Positions 32,989 through 43,830 of a DNA stretch of 64,000 bases are shown in pieces. The DNA lies in NCBI GenBank assembly GCA_977017575.1, contig CDRNVI010000024.1:186001-250000 (forward strand), read 5' to 3'. Origin of the DNA: Paramoeba atlantica (Eukaryota > Protista > Discosea). The position numbers were made by a program, and so were the translations under genes. Position 1 is the stretch's first letter; every line of letters begins with the position of its first letter. The notes under the pieces are model-generated. The model ran no database searches. It was not told where the DNA came from and worked only from the letters and a program-made list of their open reading frames with translations.

Positions 32989-33672
32989 TTATACACAGTG
33001 TAACAATTGCTCCTCTATAACGGGAATCTCATTATCGTCATCCCTACATGATTCGGTAAAGTATTCGGCATGTCCCGTAAGGTTCACACTATTGGCGACA
33101 TCACGTAATATTTCAAACAATAGGTTTGACGACCCACTGCAGGATTTCGCATCCGAAACTGAAGTCCGTTGTGACAGCTGAGGTTCATCAGCACGCGAAC
33201 AATTGTGTAGCCATAAACGAATGATATTATCATGTAACACTCTCTCTAGACTAACTCCTAGAATATATTTTGTAAACCTATGCACATATGCAAGGTAGCG
33301 GCATAGTTTGCAGAATGTTAGGGTAACGTCTTGCACGTTACCCCTCACATGAATCTTCCACAACCCGCTTTCCCCAGTTTCACCGTTGTTTTTTAGATTT
33401 AGGCTCTGCAAGAAAGCCAGAGAAGAGTTTGGTTGTAGGATCAGAGAGGGTATTGTGCATGGTAAGGGAGGAAAGCTCACGTTACAGGTCTCGTGTATTA
33501 ATAAGGATGAGTAATCTTTGTCACACCTTTTTGTGGAAACGGTATAATAAAATTTCCACACATTTGGAGATGTACGATAGCCAGATAGAATTGCTTTTTG
33601 TTCGGTAAGTCGATCGTCCGTTTGATGTGGGTTCGGATGGAAAGAAGACGCTAACGGATTTAATTTGCCCAT
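32989..33672 (-). CDS. Divergent eIF4E-fold protein
   Basis: By-eye alignment: WKFYY ~ WALWF, SGLWKI ~ GGRWLI, ILGVSLERV..IIRLW ~ VCGAVVNVR..KIAIW. No WED motif. Confidence 0.5.
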   Translation of the reverse strand: MGKLNPLASSFHPNPHQTDDRLTEQKAILSGYRTSPNVWKFYYTVSTKRCDKDYSSLLIHETCNVSFPPLPCTIPSLILQPNSSLAFLQSLNLKNNGETGESGLWKIHVRGNVQDVTLTFCKLCRYLAYVHRFTKYILGVSLERVLHDNIIRLWLHNCSRADEPQLSQRTSVSDAKSCSGSSNLLFEILRDVANSVNLTGHAEYFTESCRDDDNEIPVIEEQLLHCV

Positions 33673-34040
33673 TTTTGAAAGTCCAAAATTATGTTTACAG
33701 TAAAAGTTCAAACCGTTTAGAGTAGGTGAAAAAAATGGCACGAACAAACATTTCCAAAGAATTCAACGCTTGCCACGTGGATGTACAGGTCGCTTACGAA
33801 TGGTATCGTAATTGTATTTCCTAACGAAATTTATATGAAAGTTTGTTAAAACTAGTTAAACTACATGCTCCGGATATGATACCTACCAGTAGTATACCAC
33901 GTGGTACAGCAAACAAAAAAGGTAAACCATTTTCATCCGTCTTTCAGATGGCATAAGATTGATATATCAATGTAAAGTACTTTGAAGCATATTACGAATG
34001 CGAGCCACACGACAGCAAAAAAAACGTCAAGGCGTTCGTA

Positions 34041-34790
34041 CTACTTTCGCTTTGTAACATTTGTCCCACCCGTCGTAAGAAATAAATTTTCGGGTAGAAG
34101 TGAGGTTTCGATATCACCATAGAGACACTGGTTATGATCCAAATGTAGAGATTCTAGACGTGATGGAAGTGAGTCCAATTTGATAAGACCAGAAAAACAA
34201 TTGAAAGACAAATCCAGAGATTGCAGTCTTGAACAGGAAGAAAGCAACTCAAAATTTGGCGCCCCTCTCAAGTGGTTTCGACTCAAATCGAGGTGAGTTA
34301 ACGTTTGCGGTAAAAACGAAAAATCAATTTCACCGCTAAATAAATTCCTCAAAAGGTACACTCGTTGCATTGCTGGAGGAAGACAATCCAAATGTACAGA
34401 TCCGGAGAAATTATTTGAATCTAAATTCAGAAGCACGAGAGAGGTGGGTGAAGTGTCAATATCCATCTCACCACTGAGTTGGTTGTAATCTAGCATAAAA
34501 CGTGGTAAAATCTGTGGCAAATAACGGAAATGCAATCGTCCGGAGAGTTTATATGACGACCAAGAGATTCCCAACAAAGTCTCTTTGCGACATATTACGC
34601 CCTTCCACTTACAACCTGGGATGCCAATTTCCCAGGTGGGATGTGGATTAACGATATCTTGGGTGAGTCGCGCAAAATCGTATTCTAGTGGGAGATTAGC
34701 GCCACGAACTTTTGATGGGCCGGCAGATGGATCTGCGCCTTGCAGAGCCAAAGCTATGAACACATACGTTAAACCAATGGCAAATGGCAT
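34041..34790 (-). CDS. LRR protein (23-aa repeat family), possible signal peptide
   Basis: MPFAIGLTYVFIALALQGADPS, the family cap, then about 7 LRRs. Confidence 0.9.
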   Translation of the reverse strand: MPFAIGLTYVFIALALQGADPSAGPSKVRGANLPLEYDFARLTQDIVNPHPTWEIGIPGCKWKGVICRKETLLGISWSSYKLSGRLHFRYLPQILPRFMLDYNQLSGEMDIDTSPTSLVLLNLDSNNFSGSVHLDCLPPAMQRVYLLRNLFSGEIDFSFLPQTLTHLDLSRNHLRGAPNFELLSSCSRLQSLDLSFNCFSGLIKLDSLPSRLESLHLDHNQCLYGDIETSLLPENLFLTTGGTNVTKRK

Positions 34791-35136
34791 GAAATAATAG
34801 GTATCTAACGGACACAACAGTATCTCAAAAGCGTACACAGTCCATGTTTGCTTTCAAACTCCCATTTCTTAATATTTCATATTTTCATACGCCCTCCTGC
34901 ATGAATTGTACGGATATGTTTACATTATAGCGTCTACATGGATTTTAATCTGTGTAAAGCAAGGACAAATGTACTTTGGAAATTCAAAAGATGAAGATCA
35001 CTTCACACTTCACCTCAGACGAAGACAATGTTCTGTATTGCTCGCCGGACCTCACCGGCGACACTGTAGTAAAATACTGTAAGAATTTTACCTGCTGTAG
35101 GCAATGGTTTAAAATTATGTTTTTTGAAATGAATCT

Positions 35137-35589
35137 CTAAAAGTCTTGTAGACAGGCTTTAAAACTAGCAAACTCGTTTTGTCGCAAGAACCATAGACTA
35201 TAGATAGCATCCAATCCTTTCATTAATATCCTTCCCTCCGATGTTGTTGACCAAGGTAGAAGGGGAGATTGTGAGCTCTCCTTCAATTCGAGCTTGAAAA
35301 TAGAAATTTTATGCAAATTTGTTCGGTTTAATAAGATCAGTGACAAGGCAGATGAGTCTGTAGTCGTTAAAAACATACATCCCTGTATTCCAGTGTTTTC
35401 CCAACGTTTGAATTCAGCAAAATATTTGTATAACGTGACATGAGTAGAGGTTTGTAAAACACGATTTACGTCCCCCATAACCGTTCTAATGTACTTTAAA
35501 TTTAGTTCGGAAGCCGCAGAAGTGATGCCGAAAGGATCACTTGAGTTCGTCTTCATGTATTGTAAACCTTCTTCGTTATAGTCTTGCAT
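35137..35589 (-). CDS. DCP1: mRNA decapping activator DCP1 (EVH1-like domain)
   Basis: LNLKYIR..V..VL..STHVTLYKY....WENTGIQG.MFL..LILLNR..IYSLWF..E follows the Dcp1 consensus along its whole length. Confidence 0.85.
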   Translation of the reverse strand: MQDYNEEGLQYMKTNSSDPFGITSAASELNLKYIRTVMGDVNRVLQTSTHVTLYKYFAEFKRWENTGIQGCMFLTTTDSSALSLILLNRTNLHKISIFKLELKESSQSPLLPWSTTSEGRILMKGLDAIYSLWFLRQNEFASFKACLQDF

Positions 35590-35976
35590 TTTTTTATATT
35601 AGGCGGTTCCCATCGACTGCAGAAATTTTACCAAGTCAATACTTGACTTGGCGCATAAAAAATATGGAATATTTTTTTTGGAATAAACGTTTATATTTGT
35701 ATGTGTTACGCACAAAGGTTATCTTTGAAAGAGACATGTACGTACCAGTCATAATTCGTGATTAAATTAGTATTAAACAAACGTAAAAATTCGTACCGTA
35801 AATCAACCACGATTCGAAAGAAAAAAGTACGATTGAAAACGTCATATTGAACACACAATCATGTGCTTGAAAACGCGGAGCAAAATGTTTCTTTGACTAG
35901 ATGAACCCGGAGTATCATGCGACTGTCATCTAATCGTGAGCATCAAACCGAAACCGATTTCATAGAAGGTTCCATA

Positions 35977-38505
35977 TCACCACGAAAGTGCATGTCGACC
36001 GCTGTTTCTACCCTTCCCTTTTGCATGATGACGTGACTTGAGCCGACGTCGGAATTCACAGGCTTTCCCTCGAGCTGTTTTCACCAGTGACCACAGCCGA
36101 TCCTCACACATAAGACAACCGGTAAGAGCCCCACCATGGAGGTTGTGTTCCTCTGTACCTTTGTGAAAGGTAAACTGTACATGATTCGCTCCGCACTCGG
36201 TACACGTGTGTGTGCCGCCCGGTTTGTGTAGATCCACGCGATAGACCACAGGCTCAATTTTCCACAACGAGGTGCAGAGATTGCAACAGAATTTCCATTT
36301 CGGTGCCGAGGAGGGATCCAGGATCATCGTGCCACGCTCACAGGTGTCACATGGAGCCACACCGAGCGTCGTGGCCGAGTACGCACACGTCGGATGACGA
36401 CACTGATTACATCCCATATTCGATGCGGTGGAGCCCTTTTCGGTGAACGGGGGGTTATTGTAGCAGTAGGGACATAAGGGGTAACTTTTGCCCTCTTTTA
36501 CACTAAAGAGCAAAAGCCCGAACTCGTCCAGCGGACATTTCGCCCCACCAAACTCTTTAATGCTCCCATTCTGTGGTAGAGCGTAGGTTACGTTACATTT
36601 ACCACAGAACAGCCTTTGAGGGCGAAAGTGAATATAGCGCATGTAGGTTTGACATAAGCCACAGCGAGTGATGTATTTGCCCGTCGTGGACACGGGGTCG
36701 AACTTGCTCTGCATCAAAGCATCCATTCGCTCTACGTTAGCCTGGAAAAAGACAAACTTTTCCAAAAAGTTTGAGAGGACATGTGCGATAATCTCCTCCT
36801 TCGCCGCGGTACCATTCGCGATGCGCTCTACCTGTACTTCGACATGAGACCGCACTTTCGGGAGCGCCAACTCTGGATCAATACACTGATAGCCATGAAT
36901 CAGTGTCACCCCTAACGGGGTAGGTTCCATTGTACGACGAGGACCAATTCTACAATAATTTCGATCACATAAATTTTGAATATGCGACGGAATCGAGGCA
37001 TCGGTGCCTATCCCATTTTTTTCCATGAGCGTCACCAAATCCGACTCAGTAAGGTACGACGCAGGGGACGTGGTTCCCTGGACCACCACACATTTCTCTA
37101 CATGAAGTTCCTGTTCCCTATCCAGCGCGCAGGGGCTTACCCTTGTATTTCCCGCATTTTCCCCCAGCACGGCAGTCCATCCTGAATCCCCGATCGACCT
37201 CCATGTTTTTACAAAAACCTCCGGGCCGTACTTCAGCTGTGAGCGCGTGACCTCATACGTCGCATGGGGGGAGAGACTGGCAATAAAGTGTCGGGTGACG
37301 TACTCATAAATACGCCAGCGATCCCCCTGGAGGGTTTCCGGGGAGGCTACCCGCATTGGGGTAATCGGGGGATGATCCCCTTTATCTACCCCACCACCTC
37401 GTGCCACGACCTTGTCCGCAGAAAGGAGATTGGTCGCAAACGAGCCCCAGAGAGGGGATCCGGATTGCTGCTCGAGTACCTCTGAAAGGTTAAACGAGGG
37501 GGGATAGCGTGTGGACTCGGTTCGAGGATAGCTGAGATAGCCCTCCATGTAGAGTGACTCCGCGAGTGCCATCGTAGTGGCGGGACTGAGGCCGAGCTCC
37601 CGAGAACACACCCGGAGAAGCTCTACCGTGTTGAGAGCGGGGGGACAGGATTTACGTTCTCGGCTGCGATCGATGGATTTAACCTTGCAACGAGTCCCGG
37701 AACACATTTTTAAGAGTAACTGGGCCAGAGGCTCGTCGTAGACACGTCCACGATTCCAACTGAAGGATGTCGTATCATTATGGAGGGTCACAGCGAGCTG
37801 CAGCTTCCAGTACCTTTCCTCTTTGAAATGGGTAATGTGGTCGTGTCGTTGTACGCAAAATCCCAGTGTAGGGGTTTGACAGGGGCCGTAGCTAATCACG
37901 GAGGCGTCCAAATTCCCGTACTTACCTTGAAAGAACTTTGTCTGAAACCTTGTAAAGGCGCAGCCGATTTTTAGATCTATTTCCTGTCGTGCCTCTACGC
38001 TGTTGGACATATTTTGATTGGGTCGTGACAGGGAGGAGAGAGCTGAGTGCAAAGCGTGGGATGTTATGGCAGAAAACCGAGCACGGTATATCCTGGAGGA
38101 ATTTCGGATGTACTTCTCTACAATGGAGATAACTTCGAAACAAATATTTTCGCCTTCTTTGTCGCAGTCCAACCAAAGTACGAGATAGTCACAGTCACGG
38201 GCAGAGTGCGAAAGGTGATGCACAATGGAGCTAGAGGTTTCCTTCTTTATTGTGGTTGCAGAGAATAGTGCTGTTTCATCCTGACCTTCCCATTTCTGAT
38301 ACTTTTGATGAAAATCAATCGAAAAAACGTGTCCCGCAACGCTCACCATGCGAAACTGCACAGTACGATTGAGTGGTGGAAAGTTCCCTTCCCATTCGTA
38401 GGTATTCCTCGATGACTTTACCGACCGCATTCGTTTGTGCGACAACAATTCTGAAATGGAAGAAGCCAGAGACGGCTTCTCCGCAACCATTAATACGCGT
38501 ACCAT
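35977..38505 (-). CDS. TOP3B: DNA topoisomerase III beta
   Basis: VLMVAEKPSLA, DCDKEGENI, GYLSYPRTES, GIGTDAS, C-terminal zinc-ribbon tail. The natural start is M58 of the track ORF. Confidence 0.95.
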   Translation of the reverse strand: MVRVLMVAEKPSLASSISELLSHKRMRSVKSSRNTYEWEGNFPPLNRTVQFRMVSVAGHVFSIDFHQKYQKWEGQDETALFSATTIKKETSSSIVHHLSHSARDCDYLVLWLDCDKEGENICFEVISIVEKYIRNSSRIYRARFSAITSHALHSALSSLSRPNQNMSNSVEARQEIDLKIGCAFTRFQTKFFQGKYGNLDASVISYGPCQTPTLGFCVQRHDHITHFKEERYWKLQLAVTLHNDTTSFSWNRGRVYDEPLAQLLLKMCSGTRCKVKSIDRSRERKSCPPALNTVELLRVCSRELGLSPATTMALAESLYMEGYLSYPRTESTRYPPSFNLSEVLEQQSGSPLWGSFATNLLSADKVVARGGGVDKGDHPPITPMRVASPETLQGDRWRIYEYVTRHFIASLSPHATYEVTRSQLKYGPEVFVKTWRSIGDSGWTAVLGENAGNTRVSPCALDREQELHVEKCVVVQGTTSPASYLTESDLVTLMEKNGIGTDASIPSHIQNLCDRNYCRIGPRRTMEPTPLGVTLIHGYQCIDPELALPKVRSHVEVQVERIANGTAAKEEIIAHVLSNFLEKFVFFQANVERMDALMQSKFDPVSTTGKYITRCGLCQTYMRYIHFRPQRLFCGKCNVTYALPQNGSIKEFGGAKCPLDEFGLLLFSVKEGKSYPLCPYCYNNPPFTEKGSTASNMGCNQCRHPTCAYSATTLGVAPCDTCERGTMILDPSSAPKWKFCCNLCTSLWKIEPVVYRVDLHKPGGTHTCTECGANHVQFTFHKGTEEHNLHGGALTGCLMCEDRLWSLVKTARGKACEFRRRLKSRHHAKGKGRNSGRHALSW

Positions 38506-38678
38506 CGAAGAAGATAAGGAAATATGATACAACGTATCTAAGCATGTAACAAATAAATACGGGATCACGTTTTTAAAACAAAGTCCCACAAATTTAAGAC
38601 AAAGAATCTTGTTAACAAAATGGATCAAACACCCCGAAGTAAAACTGAAGAACGGACAACTGCATGGTCGTTTCAAGA

Positions 38679-39689
38679 TTAGAAAGTAGAAAATGTTTGC
38701 CTTTGATGGCTTTTAGATTTTCGCACCGTCTCAAGGGCTTTCTTAAAATTGGACTCTTCTAGCACTAATTTGGAGAACTGTCCACTCTCCAACTTCTCGG
38801 CAATCATGTTGGAGCATGCCTCCACGGCGCATGCCTTCATATCCGCCCCACTAAACCCATACATCTCTTCAGCTAGGCTCTGTAGATTCAACTTTGTGGT
38901 ATTCTCCCCTCGAAGAAGTACGTTGAGAATACCTTCGCGATCGGATAACTCGGGCAATCCCACCGGAACTTGTATCGGCATCCGACGCAGGACTGCAGGG
39001 TCCAGAACCTGCGGCAGATTTGTCGCCCCAATAACAACTACACGTGCGTCCGAACCCACGAACCCATCCCAGTGCCGTAGAAAAATCGTCTTTGTGTTTC
39101 CATAAACCGCATTGCCCCCACTAGCATGACCCTCCATGCGATCGGAGAGCAATGCGTCCATCTCATCCACAAACAGAATCGTGGGCTGACACAGCCGTGC
39201 CAGGGAGAACAGCGCCGCACAGTTCAACTCGGACTCCCCGACCCATTTACTAAACAACCCCTCGGCGCGTACCTCCATGAAGAACGCGTTGGCTCGTTTC
39301 GCGAGCGCCCGTGCGAGTAGTGTTTTCCCCGTACCCGGGGGACCGTATAACAGAATCCCTTTCGGTGGTTGACGCAGTGAACCGGGCGGGAACAGCTCGG
39401 GGTGCTCAAATGGAAGCACCAGACTACGGTAGAGGGTCTGTTTCACGCTGACAAGACCCCCAATGTCACTCCATGCGGTCGTAATCTCGCTCGGATCCAC
39501 CGCACAGGTCTGTAAAATTTCTAACTCGGATGGGGAGAGCTGAAGTGTCTTGCCGCGAATGCTGACAGTGACTTTGGTTTTCACGACGCCCGTTTTTTGG
39601 AGGATTTTGTAGGTGAGGTACATACTCACGCCAAGAGATAAACCCGTGACGAGGAGGTCGAGCTGCTTGCTGGTTTTATCCTCTGGCAT
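38679..39689 (-). CDS. MSP1: MSP1/ATAD1 membrane-anchored AAA+ ATPase
   Basis: N-terminal [36 protein letters not shown]. Confidence 0.88.
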   Translation of the reverse strand: MPEDKTSKQLDLLVTGLSLGVSMYLTYKILQKTGVVKTKVTVSIRGKTLQLSPSELEILQTCAVDPSEITTAWSDIGGLVSVKQTLYRSLVLPFEHPELFPPGSLRQPPKGILLYGPPGTGKTLLARALAKRANAFFMEVRAEGLFSKWVGESELNCAALFSLARLCQPTILFVDEMDALLSDRMEGHASGGNAVYGNTKTIFLRHWDGFVGSDARVVVIGATNLPQVLDPAVLRRMPIQVPVGLPELSDREGILNVLLRGENTTKLNLQSLAEEMYGFSGADMKACAVEACSNMIAEKLESGQFSKLVLEESNFKKALETVRKSKSHQRQTFSTF

Positions 39690-40139
39690 TTGAAGGCTTC
39701 GTTGCAGATTTGTAAATTACACGTGGTGCTAGATTCAAAACGGTGTATTACTCGCGAATGTCACGCAATAAATGTGGACGCTATCCGATGTGGACATGAA
39801 GGTAATGATAAAGATTAGTCGACGGCAGGGGAAGACACAATGTTCGAAATTTAATCCAAGAGCACTCTATTAGATTAATTTAATCTAATAGATTTAATCT
39901 GATTAAATTCAGTGGCCAGATATCGCTACACACTACTAACGAGGAACTATTAAAATATAATTAAAAAGTGGAAATCCGTCGCTAATGTATAAGACGGGAT
40001 GCGGGTCACGGGTAAGCTAAATTTTACAAGTTTGGCAGACCTTTACCGTCACCTTCGTAAAATACAAGAAGCTAAAAGGTTCAGGATTGATAAATATGCA
40101 TTATAGCACTAAAGCTCCCATTCTTCGTCTAAGAGCAGA

Positions 40140-42608
40140 TTAACGGCGAGACGCCCTGTCTACCTTCCGGTAGTGATCGAGTTTGTACCAGTACTGTGCA
40201 TGTCCCTTTGTAAGGCGTCGCAGTCGCGCTGAATACTGAGTCAAATTTCGCATCGCCACAATCGCCTCCACGGTGTCCCCGTTCTCTTGCTCAAGAACGG
40301 AAACGGCACCCATCTGTGTGAGATCCTTCATGACGTCCCCGAGGTAGCCAATGTCGGCTAAAAGCACTTCTAGAAGCATGTAGGGTTCAACAAGAATCAT
40401 CTCACGTTTACGTAAGAGCGTAGAGACGAAGCGACCCACGGCGGTCTCGATTTCACCGGGTGACACGCTTGCTGTGGTCAGAGGGATCACCCTGGTGAAT
40501 GTGAGCCGCGCCCCCACCAACTCGACATGGAGTCGCGGGCTATTGGCCAGAGCGTGCCGCGCCGCACGCGTGAGCGACGGCAGCACCGCCTGCAGCTGCG
40601 CCAGCCCTCTCTCCACCGCCTTCGTGGCCTCAAACCGATCCATTTGCCTCATCTTCTCCCGCACCATCGCCTCCCGGTCAATCTCAATCTCAATCTCACA
40701 CGCCCTCGCCTCAATCTCCCCCTCCCTCCCCTCCCTCCTCCTCGGCTCCAACCGCGCCCCCAGCTCCACCACCCCCTGCCCCCTCTCCGCCTCCACCACC
40801 ACCTCCCCCCCCACCTCCACCCCCTCCCCCGGGCTCTCCCGCAGCTCCACCCTCGCGGGCAGCGCCCGACACCCCACCCCGAACCCCCGCCGCACCCGCG
40901 CCAGCCCCACCTCCACGTGCAGCTCCCCCATCCCCTGCAGCACCACCTCCCCCGCCGCGGTCTCGTTCACCCGCAGACTCGGGTCCTCGCGGCACAGCAC
41001 GCGCAGGGCGTGCAGCAGCCGCGGGACCTCCCCGGCGTCCGCGGGCTCCACCGCGACCCCCACCACGGGGGCCGGGACCGCGACCCCGGGGAGGGTGAAC
41101 GGGTCGTGTTGGGCGAACGGGGCCGAGACCCAGGTGTCGCCGGTGTGGGCGGTGGTGGAGTAGGCGGCCCCGAGGGCGCCGGGGGGGATGGCGCCCACGG
41201 GGGTGAGCGCGTCGGCGTGGATGCGGAAGACCCGGGGGAGGGTCTCGGGGGCGTGCCGTGTGGTGTTGTGGTAGGGGGTGCGGGGGCGGAGGGTGCCGGT
41301 GTAGACCCGGAAGAGGGCGAGGAGGGGGGAGGGGGTGCGGGGGGAGGGGGTCCCGGGGGAGGGGGTCCCGGGGGAGGGGGTCCGGTAAATGACTTTGAAG
41401 ACGAGGGCGACGGTGGGGGGGGGACGAGAGGGGGGTGGGGGTGTAGGGGGGAGGGGGGAGAGGGTAAGGGATTTGCCGTGGGAGGTGAGGACGGTGAGGG
41501 GGGGTTTGTCGAGGGGACTGGGGAGGTAGTGGACAATGGCGTCGAGGAGGGGTTGGATACCTTGATCGCGGCGAGCGGCGCCGACGAGGAGGGGGAGGTA
41601 TTGGGGGAGGGAGGGGTCTTTGGGGAGGTTTTGGCATTGTGCTCGGATGGCCTTGATAATGGGTTCCACGGGGAAGGAAAGTTTACAATCTTCCTCGGAC
41701 TGTGAGGAGGTCTCAATGTAGGCGAGAAATTCCTCAAGTAGCGTGGAATCGCGTTGAAGCAACTCATTCAGCAAAGCGGATCGCCCCGCCTTGGCGCGTT
41801 GCTGCACCTCGTCCCCTTCTTTCCAGATCGATTCTTTCTGCATGACAGTGCCTCGAGGATCCTTCCACCGTATGGTCTGTAATTCTAAGAAATCAATAAC
41901 CCCCTCAAACCCCGCGTAGCCATCGCTGAGAGGACACTGCAATGGCGCGGGACACACCGCAAGCTTTTTCTCAATACTCGAAACGGCTTTAATAAAGTCC
42001 GAATTCGGCTTGTCCATTTTGTTAATAAACGCAACCACGGGTATCCCATATTTCCGTGCCTGTCGTAACACCGTGTGGCTTTGTCCCTGCACCCCGACGG
42101 CGCCATCAAAGACTGCTACAACCCCATCGAGAACGCGAAGGCTGCGCTCTACCTCCACCGTAAAGTCCACGTGTCCCGGGGTATCGATGACATTGATTGT
42201 GTGGTCTTTCCAGGGGAGAGTAACCGCCGCAGCGGTGATCGTAATCCCTCGCTCCGCCTCCTCCTCGAGGTAATCTGTCGTGGTACTTCCCTTGTCCACC
42301 TCACCGATGCGCTGTTGCACGCCGGAGTAGTATAACATGCGCTCCGTGGCGGTCGTCTTCCCTGCATCGATGTGCGCTACAACCCCAATGTTGCGGACAC
42401 GACGAATATCATACGCGGGTGACTTTGTAGACTTTTGTAGCAGTGGAGCGCGGGTAGTGCTGAATCGACGCCTGCTGAACGGCCAAGCCGTGAGAAAGTG
42501 ACGTGCGCGAAATGTTGTGGAGATGTGAGAGGTGCGTATTCCCGTGTGCAGAAAGAAATCAAGATATTCCTTAGGACTTGTATGAACTCGAGTACATGCC
42601 TGCCGCAT
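40140..42608 (-). CDS. GFM2: Mitochondrial EF-G2 (ribosome-recycling GTPase)
   Basis: AHIDAGKTT, EEEAERGITI, DTPGHVDF, NKMD, EDPSLRV..GMGELH.EV, LVEPYM; long presequence. Confidence 0.88.
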   Translation of the reverse strand: MRQACTRVHTSPKEYLDFFLHTGIRTSHISTTFRARHFLTAWPFSRRRFSTTRAPLLQKSTKSPAYDIRRVRNIGVVAHIDAGKTTATERMLYYSGVQQRIGEVDKGSTTTDYLEEEAERGITITAAAVTLPWKDHTINVIDTPGHVDFTVEVERSLRVLDGVVAVFDGAVGVQGQSHTVLRQARKYGIPVVAFINKMDKPNSDFIKAVSSIEKKLAVCPAPLQCPLSDGYAGFEGVIDFLELQTIRWKDPRGTVMQKESIWKEGDEVQQRAKAGRSALLNELLQRDSTLLEEFLAYIETSSQSEEDCKLSFPVEPIIKAIRAQCQNLPKDPSLPQYLPLLVGAARRDQGIQPLLDAIVHYLPSPLDKPPLTVLTSHGKSLTLSPLPPTPPPPSRPPPTVALVFKVIYRTPSPGTPSPGTPSPRTPSPLLALFRVYTGTLRPRTPYHNTTRHAPETLPRVFRIHADALTPVGAIPPGALGAAYSTTAHTGDTWVSAPFAQHDPFTLPGVAVPAPVVGVAVEPADAGEVPRLLHALRVLCREDPSLRVNETAAGEVVLQGMGELHVEVGLARVRRGFGVGCRALPARVELRESPGEGVEVGGEVVVEAERGQGVVELGARLEPRRREGREGEIEARACEIEIEIDREAMVREKMRQMDRFEATKAVERGLAQLQAVLPSLTRAARHALANSPRLHVELVGARLTFTRVIPLTTASVSPGEIETAVGRFVSTLLRKREMILVEPYMLLEVLLADIGYLGDVMKDLTQMGAVSVLEQENGDTVEAIVAMRNLTQYSARLRRLTKGHAQYWYKLDHYRKVDRASRR
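40540..41640. other. C-to-G skew-switch island (pivot about 41080)
   Basis: Poly-C at 40700-40940, poly-G at 41260-41620. Confidence 0.9.
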
Positions 42609-42734
42609 GCGACTAAAGCTTTCGCTTTCCACCTTTATCCATACTTGACCGTATATTCATAGAAATAAACTCTAGCGACCGCTTCTCATTAGTTTCCTCC
42701 ACAACAAAGCTAAGCTTTAGTGTAAGTTTGATTA

Positions 42735-43830
42735 CTCCCCCCTTCATTAATTTCTATAAATGCCTTACCGAAGTTTTAGAAGAAAAAATTATAGATTTGT
42801 GAAAATTTATATTTTTGCTCGGAAGTCAACTTTTGCGACAGTTCTTTTCGGAACTATGTCTATCTTGGATCAAGACGAGGACGAAGCTCATGAAACTTTC
42901 GCTCCGCAAAGTGCTGATCAACCTTTTGCACTCTGAAATTATAACCAGTGCACATCTGTTTCACAGCAGCGGTTTTTTGTTTGTCGTATCCACCACCCAA
43001 GCCAAAAATTATTCGCTAAAATTCATTCAATTAATCGCTAAAGGGATTCAATTAATCGCTGAAATTCATGGCACAAAAATTATTGCATTTTTAATTAAAA
43101 GTTGTCAAGTTTTTTAGAAACATTTTTTTATTTGTTTGGTCAATTTTTAAATTTCTCATGAGGTCTGATCTTGGCAACCACGTTTTAGAGAAGAGTGTCT
43201 TAGAGAAGATTTTACACAAGAATTCTAATTTTATGAGAGGATTTGACGCAGGAGGAGCGAGATTGGTTTTATGTCAACACCCGGTCGTGAGATCATGCGA
43301 GATCACACCCGCATCCCATCGCTTAATGACCACTTAATAACCTGCCCTTCGCAACGCATTTGACAAGAGTAGAGAGATGCAAACCACCGTCCGGGTTATA
43401 CCTAGGGACACCTATTGTACTTTCTAAGGATAATAATTTTTTGGTAAAAAGCAACTTTCTTCCCCGTGAAAATTCTTGAATCTTTTTGGGAGGAAAAAAA
43501 CCCTTTTGACCTAATTTTGGGGTTTTCCGCCCCTCTACTAACAAATTCTATTGTTTGTCGATATGTACAAATTTCTACGAAAATTATTGGCACAAAAATT
43601 ATTGATTTTTTAATTAAAAGTTGCAGAGCTTCGCCAATAATTAAAAACTCAATAATATTAGTCGGCAGCACCCGGGAGGCCCGCAAAAATATGTTCGAAC
43701 GTCCACCCAGCAAAGTAACCGACCAAAGAGAATACCCCACTTCATTAATTTCTATAAATATAAATATACATGTATATAAATTTGATTTTTTGTTATAATT
43801 AATATTTATAGAAATTAATGGAGGGGGGAG
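42735..43830. mobile_element. Tc1/mariner-type (Stowaway-like) non-autonomous element, 1096 bp
   Basis: TA|CTCCCCCCTTCATTAATTTCTATAAAT (42735-42761) and ATTTATAGAAATTAATGGAGGGGGGAG|TA (43804-43830): 27-bp TIR with 1 mismatch and TA flanks. Extra left-TIR copy at about 43735-43759. Confidence 0.75.

Noticed and set aside
33770-33906. Two CCACGTGG palindromes (and scattered intergenic CACGTG)
   Set aside because: Too few to distinguish from chance without a count.
38506-38676. 57-aa N-terminal extension of TOP3B abutting MSP1 (2-bp gap)
   Set aside because: Hydrophobic text typical of a translated pyrimidine tract; conserved Top3 sequence starts at M58.
40474-41767. Several 229-392 aa ORFs overlapping GFM2
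   Set aside because: Shadow ORFs of the skew island.
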